Shown piece by piece: positions 56,406 to 64,000 of a DNA stretch of 64,000 nt. Position 1 is the first letter of the stretch; every line of letters begins with the position of its first letter. The stretch is taken from NCBI GenBank assembly GCA_951406725.2, contig OX597820.1, positions 75,020,001-75,084,000 on the forward strand. The letters run 5' to 3'. The notes beneath the pieces are model-generated. The model was given only the letters and a program-made list of their open reading frames with translations. It had not been told where the DNA came from and did no database searches. A program made the translations under genes and the position numbers. The DNA comes from Octopus vulgaris (taxonomy: Eukaryota).

Positions 56406-56766
56406 TATATGCATGTGCATATGTATATTTACATATACATATACGTATGTATATATATGCATAACACACGCACACACACACAAATATATATATATATGCT
56501 AATACATATGTAAAAATATAGATAAAGAATTAAATGTAAATACATATGGAACCTTAATGTAAAACATGATATACTGGAGAATATATGAGTATGTCATGTA
56601 GTTCAGGATATTGAGAATGGAAATACAGTTGAATACGTTAAATAGATCAGAAAAGAAGGTAAAATGAGGCAGGCTTTGATATAAAAATATAAAAAGAACC
56701 AAACAAAATGAAATCACTGAGTAGGAACGTGAGATTAAATATATAGTATTTAGCTGAGAAATAAGT

Positions 56767-56800
<34 letters not shown>

Positions 56801-57437
56801 TATATGGGTACAGGACGTCACGAAAAGAAAACAGCATAAAATACGAAAACAAATGAGTTAAATACGCAAAAACAACAAGAGTAAAAAAGGACAAGTAATA
56901 CAAAGAATGATTCTCCAGCAGTTGGCGACTGTCTACTTACTCCTTATTTCGATCATTTAATTCGGCAAAAGAGGCCGATAGAATAACTACTAGTCGTACA
57001 AAGAATAAGTCCTGGGTTCGATTTGCTCGACTAAAGGCGGTGCTCCAACATGGCTACAGTCAAATGACTGAAACAAATAAAAGAGTAAAAGAGTTATCAT
57101 TGCTGCATCATTGTCTCATTCGTAGTTATTATTCATCATTGTCCTATACTATAAAATTAATTGGAAAACCTACATTAGCTTTCAAAATCAGAATCGGGCG
57201 AAACATTTTGGACACCCTGTATAATATACACAAGACATGCATATTCTGTCTATACGGAATTATGTGTGTAGGAGCGAATATAAATAAATTTTGGATTTAT
57301 GGAGGGTCAAAGTTAGGAATAAAAACAGGTCAGTGGAAACATATAAGGAAACCGACCGAAAAAAAACATGGTGGTTTGTTAGGCCTGAACGAGGGGAAAA
57401 TAGTGAATGCTGAGAGAAATATTTTCTTTGAAAAGAG

Positions 57438-57935
57438 AAAAGATAGAAGAGAGAGATAGGAGACGCCCAGTACTTAGAACGTCCGTGCAGGAAAAAAATA
57501 TGACGATGGTCACGTGTGAGCAACGACAGAAAGAGAAAATAGTGAAAGAGGGGAGACAAAGAGACAGATAGAAAACGGTGAAAGGGATAGAGAGGGAATT
57601 AGAGGGGATAGGGGAGAAAACAGTTTATAATAGAGTCGCATAAAATACGTTAAGATAAACTTACTTGGAAATGGATTCGTGGCGTTCAATTAAATAATAT
57701 GGTAGAGGCGCATCAAACCTGCTCTATACTGTTTTCTCCCCAATCCTCTCTAATTCCCCTTTTCTCCCTATCACCGTTTTCCATCTATCTCCCTCCTCCT
57801 CTTTCTCTTTTTCTCTCTCTCACTCGTTGCTCACACGTTACCGTCGTCCATCTTTCTTTTCCTCACGCCAACATCTTTCTTTCATGCACGGACGTTCTAA
57901 GAACTGGAGTCTCCTATCTCTCTCTTCTATCTTTT
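57438..57935. repeat. Degenerate inverted repeat with arms of about 200 bp
   Basis: 57438-57635 versus 57722-57935, e.g. cttagaacgtccgtgca / tgcacggacgttctaag and gtgtgagcaacga / tcgttgctcacac. Confidence 0.8.
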
Positions 57936-58186
57936 ATATCTCTTTACTGACAAAATTGTGTGTAGCACGAAATTTTGTCAATAAACAAGTCGCGGTTTCA
58001 AAATATTATGACAAAATATTATGACAAAAATATTATGACAAATTAAATTTAAATATTGAAGTGAATCTAATGTTTCTTGTGTGCTTTTAAATGGTTTATA
58101 AACACCATCTGCGCTGCAATTGCTTTTGTTTCAGCACGTGATCTGAAATCAAGCCTATTGCTATTTGAGTACATTTCTGTTTTATA

Positions 58187-59057
58187 TATAAATGTTGCCC
58201 AGAAATTTTCGCCCGATCTTTATTTTATTGTATTGTATTACTATTGTATTATTATTCTATTATTCCATCTTTCTCTTCGAACTTCGAGGAACATAGCTTT
58301 TAGACTGAATCGTAATGAACGAATTTCTGCTCTCCGCCATTACTATGAGTCTGGTTCAAATGCAGCTGAGGCAATCATCGCCCCAGTGAAGAATTTCATA
58401 TTCCTGTTGCTCAGAGCAGGATCATCAAGTCACTCGTTAACAAGTTCGAAAACACCGGCTATCTTAACGACGCACCCAGATCTGGACGACCCGCTACTGC
58501 AACATCTCCTTAAAAAGTTGAGCAGCTGGGAGCTAGTCTAATCAACAGTCCGCAGAAATCATTCATAGGCGTAGGAGTGGCTGTGTGGTAAGTAACTTGC
58601 TTACCAACCAGATGATTCCGGGTTCAGTCCCACTGCGTGGCACTTTGGGCATGTGCCTTGTGAGCGGATTTAGTAGACGGAATCTGAAAGAAGTCTGTCG
58701 TATATATGTATATATGTGTGCTTGTATGTCTGTGTCTGTCCCTCCTACATCACTTGACAACCGATGCTGGTGTGTTTACGTCCCCGTAAATAGCGGTTCG
58801 GTAAAAGAGGCCGATAGAATAAATACTAGTCGTACAAAGAATAAGTCCTGGTTCGATTTGCTCGACTAACGGTGGTGCTCCAACATGGCCACAGTCAAAT
58901 GACTGAAACAAATAAAAGAGTAAATGAGTTATCATTGTTGCATCATTGTTTCATTCGTAGGTATTATTCATCATTGTCCTATACTATAATATTAATTGGG
59001 AAAACCTATATTAGCTTTCAAAATCAGAATCGGGCGAAACATTTTGGACACCCTGTA
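58187..59057 (+). mobile_element. Internally deleted Tc1/mariner element with a nested SINE (58566-58925)
   Basis: ERISALRHYYESG..IIKSLVNKFENTGYLNDAPRSGRP..SPQKSI (HTH region, 58293-58563); right TIR cgggcgaaacattttggacaccctg-TA; degenerate left TIR ..tttcgcccgat. Confidence 0.75.
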
Positions 59058-59594
59058 TAATATACACAAGACATGCATATGCTGTCTATACGGAATTATG
59101 TGTGTAGGAGCGAATATTCAAGCAACGGGCACTAAAGAAATCAATATGCATCTCTTTCCAGAAAGTGTTTGTCAGAATGAAATTGATATTGATCTCTCAA
59201 ACTCATTTGTGCTTCTAATCTATCAGTCTAGTAGTGACTCACCTGCGGTGTATCTCGGACAGATAGGTAGTGGGAACACAAATTAGATTGATTGACCAGA
59301 CACTCACCTTACCGAACAGCGATCTGAGTATGCAGCAACTCTTACGTGGACATATTCCGAACACTTCCGTGCAGAAAATCAAATCCTTCGCTCACAAGTA
59401 AGCGTACGTCACGCTGTTCCCTACTATTGGAACATCATCATTTACAAGGATTTATTATCAGAATTGTTTTTGTTATTATTATTACGACGACGACCACGAT
59501 GATGACGATCACCACCACGGCGACAACTATCATCATCGTCGTCGCCGTCGTCTTCGCCATCGTCTACGCGAACATTATCGTCGTCATTGTTTTT

Positions 59595-59612
59595 GTATTA
59601 TTATTATTATTA

Positions 59613-59665
<53 letters not shown>

Positions 59666-60058
59666 TTCTTTCTTTCTTCAAAATTATCTTCCATTTCTTG
59701 CCGAGTGTTTTCCGTATACCTAGGGCAGAGAAGCTCATTGTATGCATTCCCAGATTACACACGCAAATTCACAGGTAAAATATGTATTTAAAAAATTAAT
59801 AAATTAACTAATTCATGAATCGATGTTGTTTTCACTGCGATAATGCTCTACTCAGTACACGAGTGGTTCCAGTTAACCCGATTTTTGCACTCCTGTAGGG
59901 ATAGTAAACCTGCTTTCATTTCAAATATGTTTCAGTACCATTTTTTTTTATCATTCCTAGAGATCTTGCAATCACTGGTACTGTAGTCGCCTTGAGATTT
60001 TTTTTCAATTTCTATTAGGAAGTTTTTTACTCATCTTGTGAAATTCTTTCGCAGGTAT
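59595..60058 (-). mobile_element. R4/Dong-type LINE 3' end with (TAA)n tail
   Basis: LIEIEK..LKATTVPVIARSLGMIKK..LTGTTRVLSRALS resembles an RLE C-terminus; followed on the minus strand by a UTR and (TAA)n. Confidence 0.7.
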
Positions 60059-60069
60059 ATTATTATTAT

Positions 60070-60618
60070 TATTGAGTGAGAGAGCAGTGCATGCCACCAA
60101 AATGACACTGGGGTAAAATATACGAAGCCCAGTATACTCATCATGACTACCCGTTTGATAAGGGTACACCAGGCACCTTCATCACAGCCATATTTGCGCG
60201 ACATGGTGATTTCATATCAAGATAAGCAGCGCGTGACCTTGCAGGTGGGGCCCAGTTAGAATTTTCTTCTGGTCGATTAGCCCATCCCGCTCAAAAGGTC
60301 CTTGAATAAGGATCGTTTAAGGATGTTGAACGAACCACCCATGTTTCCAAAGGTGAATTATCCAAACCTTTAAGACTTCCTTTCAACACACGACTATGAT
60401 GCTCCCCTACTACTTCTGCTCGTGATCAGAGATGCACATATCGTCAACCTCTAAGAGACATGGTTAAGGTCAAACAACTGACAAGCAAATCTGAGGTATT
60501 GAGCAGAATGTTTGCTGTAGCCCATCTTTTATACCAAGGCAAAACAATGTAGATGATAACACTTCCTTTAAGTTAAGATCAGAAGCCATGAGAGCCACTG
60601 TCTGTCTTGTAATGCATC

Positions 60619-60620
<2 letters not shown>
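60070..60620. repeat. Unclassified 550-bp repeat-like block between (TTA)n and (TAA)n arrays
   Basis: Complex sequence bounded by trinucleotide arrays; identity not established from this window. Confidence 0.4.
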
Positions 60621-60662
<42 letters not shown>

Positions 60663-60680
60663 TTAATAATAATAATAATG

Positions 60681-60820
<140 letters not shown>

Positions 60821-60964
60821 TGGTTCTGAATCTCATGTAAGGGTTGTGTGTGTGTGTGTGTAGCCGTGTGTGTACAGGCTTGTGTGCGTGTAATGCATGC
60901 AATGTATGTATGTTTGCAGGCATACAATTGATAAGGTTGTGTTTTCTTTCTTTTTATGTTGCTA

Positions 60965-61899
60965 CGAGCTGACATACCCGGTAATTCCTGGGAATGCGGG
61001 GCTTATACCTTGGTTCCCTTCTCATAATATTTTAGCTTATCCAATAACAACAATACAAAGTATGTAGCCCTTAAAACGGTTTTTGTGCATTTACATAGAA
61101 TATCGAACTATCATACACAGGAACTTGTTTTTAGGAATTCCCAATGAGTTATGAATACCCAAATTGTGAAGTCAGTTATGTAATAACATGAAATTAGTTG
61201 CCCGATAGTAAGAATCCAAATAAATTAGCCCCGAAAGGGCTTTAATGCGTTCCCAGAGTAAATAGAACATAAGAGGAAATATTATGTATACTGAAATCGT
61301 GAAGCATGTTACATAATAAAAGTCTAATCAGATATGAGATAATTACAATTCAAAGTAAATAACTCTGAAAAGGGTTTTTGTACGTTCCCAGTGTATACTA
61401 CCCCCAGGGGCGCTAGTTTTGGTATATTCGTGAATAAGTCACTAACCAAAATAAGTGGATCTATTGTTTATGAAAATACTATTTACTTCTTTAAGGGATG
61501 TACTAGATATATTGTGAAAATAACACTAACAGTTCAAATACTAAGAAATAAGCATACTCAATTTCATTTTTACCAAATAACTTAGGAAAAATTATAGGCT
61601 ATTTTTCTTGGCTATATATAAAGATCCCTTCCAGGGCTAATGGCTTACTTCCCTTGGCTTTTAAAATAAAATATATTAAATATATATAAGGATCCCTTCC
61701 AGGAACCCCATTATCGATTTTTTTTCAACAACCTGAGTATGCCATGAAGTTTCCAGACATGAATTCGACTCACGTGTCAAAATTTTATCAAAATTGATAA
61801 AACGATGTAGGAGGAGTTAGGTAACAACTCTACTAACCCATAGGAGTTAGGTAACAACTCTACTAACCCATAGACAAAATTTCCCACATATGTAGTAGA
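60965..61899 (-). mobile_element. Non-autonomous Helitron
   Basis: Minus-strand A|TCTACTA 5' end, caattttgataaaattttg motif, 3' hairpin cccaggaattaccggg..CTCG|T; internal 31-bp tandem duplication; another CTAG end at 61904. Confidence 0.6.
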
Positions 61900-62827
61900 T
61901 TAACTAGCAGAATAAACTGGGGGAATTTAACGTTTATTAGTTACTATTTATTGAAAGTACTTACTGCTTGTAATTATTTCTTAGTGGTTATTTTCCTAGA
62001 AAAAAAAACATTTTCAATGTGTTGTGAAGAATTTCATTTCTAGTGTATGGGTCCTGGGAGGTTTCTCTTCCCAACAGGGATTGTTTGAACTGTCCGTTTT
62101 CGTTTGTTACAGTAAAAAAATAATCATCAAATAGACCATGTTTCTTCTAGGTGAACATAACAATTATTGACACTCTACAAAGGCCAGGTGGAAACCATTT
62201 AGAATATTACTACTGTCGCACATATTTTAATCACATCCAGAAAAGAATCTCTTAATTGTATTGAATAAAGTTAATTACAGAAACATTCTAGCCTCTAGTT
62301 GTTGAGTATGAAGTTGCCTCTTTCTGTTCTTCTTTATACTACTACTTCGCATCTTGAAAATGTGCGTATGTGTGTGTGTGTGTGTGTGTGTGCTTAAGCA
62401 TCGGTGTTTCAGCGTGTGAAGGCGCATGGTTTAGTGGCTAGCGTGTCGCAGTCACGACCTCTAGACCCTGATTTCAATTCTTAGATCGGCTGGTGTGTTG
62501 TGTTCTTGAACAAAACACTTCATCTCACCTTGCTTTGAGATCACTTTGATACTTGATGCATGGTATACATAATGCACATCTTCATGCAATGTCAATTTCA
62601 TGGAGGGAGTCAGCTAATACACATCACATACATTTGATAACTAAAAACAAATTAATTGTGTAGGTCGATCGGTGAAAGCTGAACGCTCATACGGCATCTT
62701 CGACCAATAGAGTCCATTATGTTCGTATGTTTATTCTTTGTGTGTGCTGTAACCCGTTCTTCGATATGGTCCTCCATGTTTTCGACCCTTGTGGCCAGTA
62801 AAGGAAATCATTCTTCTTCTTCTTCTT

Positions 62828-62858
<31 letters not shown>

Positions 62859-63777
62859 TTATTATTATTATGTTTAAATGAGGCCAGACTTGCTGTTTTA
62901 GAATATTGTAAAGTTCTTTTCCGAAAAGCGAAGTCATTAACGCTAATCTCCCTTTGTGCAGGTACTATTTATTCGCTTGACAAAGATGTCGCTGCTTTCG
63001 AGGCCTGCAACGGAAATTTGAGATTGAAGAACCGTATACTTGTGAAGTTGCGGTAGGATAGAGGAGGCACGATATGTAATCAGGATACTTAGAGCTGGTA
63101 GTGAAATCACAATGCATTTCGTCCAATTATCTAACAAATTTGTGAATCCATATCCTTGGGGTCATAGTTTATTTCAATTTAACCAATATAAAATTTGATG
63201 AAAGATGCAATGATTCAGAAGAAATACCATAACACATTCTATATGATACTGTAATTATTCTGACAAGTCGACGTTAAATCTGCTGTCATAAGTATAATAA
63301 CCGCTCAAAGTCAGGGGACGTTGCTTAAGGACCTCATGCGCATGGAGAAAAATAGATTACTTATTTGAAACTTCACTTATTACACTGAATAATAATTCGC
63401 ACATTTCATATAAGAGACACTAAAAAAGCTGCTTAAACAGTTTTACGTTAAGGAAAAAATATTCATAAACTCAACGAAAACGTGTTAAATTTTAGTAAGT
63501 AGTGGAGACTACACGCCGCAAAGTTCTCTCATACGCGTAAACCAGACACTTGACTTCAAGCGCAACATTACATTCATGAATTGACATTATTAATTGAGTT
63601 AATGTTGTCTTTTCATTACTACATGATCATATTTGAAATTAGGAGGAACTTAACGCTAACTGGATGAAATATGTTAAATGCGACGTAACTCAAATAGATT
63701 AATAAAGAAGAAGTATATATTTGAATAGAAACATGAATACAAATACAGTATTTATTATATATATATATGTGTGTGTC

Positions 63778-63825
<48 letters not shown>

Positions 63826-63849
63826 CGTGTGTGTGTGTGTATGTTTGTA

Positions 63850-64000
63850 TGTCTGTGTTTGTCCCCCAACAAAGCTTGACAACCGATGCTGGTGTGTTTA
63901 CGTCCCCGTAACTTAGCAGTTCCGCAAAAGACACCGATGGAATAAGTACTACGCTTACAAAGAATAAGTATTGGGATCGATTTTCTCGACTAAAAGGCGG
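63850..64000 (+). mobile_element. SINE family A 3' half
   Basis: gcttgacaaccgatgctggtgtgtttacgtccccgtaacttagc.. runs off the window end. Confidence 0.8.

Overview
Eukaryotic, very AT-rich, repeat-dominated non-coding DNA, most likely intronic or intergenic. The SINE families, dense (TA)n/(CA)n/(TATG)n microsatellites and transposon mix strongly resemble an octopus or other coleoid cephalopod genome (inference). No confident host protein-coding gene is present; most listed ORFs are microsatellite artefacts. Recognisable content includes a young 5'-truncated Penelope-like retroelement (RT thumb plus GIY-YIG, YRDD-type) with inverted pseudo-LTRs, CR1, RTE and R4/Dong-type LINE fragments, mariner/Tc1 fragments, several non-autonomous Helitrons and three tRNA-SINE families. 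The most striking hidden signal is a set of type I hammerhead ribozyme (HHR) motifs read by eye: eight copies of five distinct sequences, plus variants. They sit in short non-coding elements embedded in (TA)n and arranged either as partial tandems (a 494-nt HHR-to-HHR unit and an 878-nt unit) or as fold-back inverted repeats. This suggests a family of retrozyme-like, possibly circular-RNA-producing, non-autonomous elements mobilised by the Penelope-like RT.
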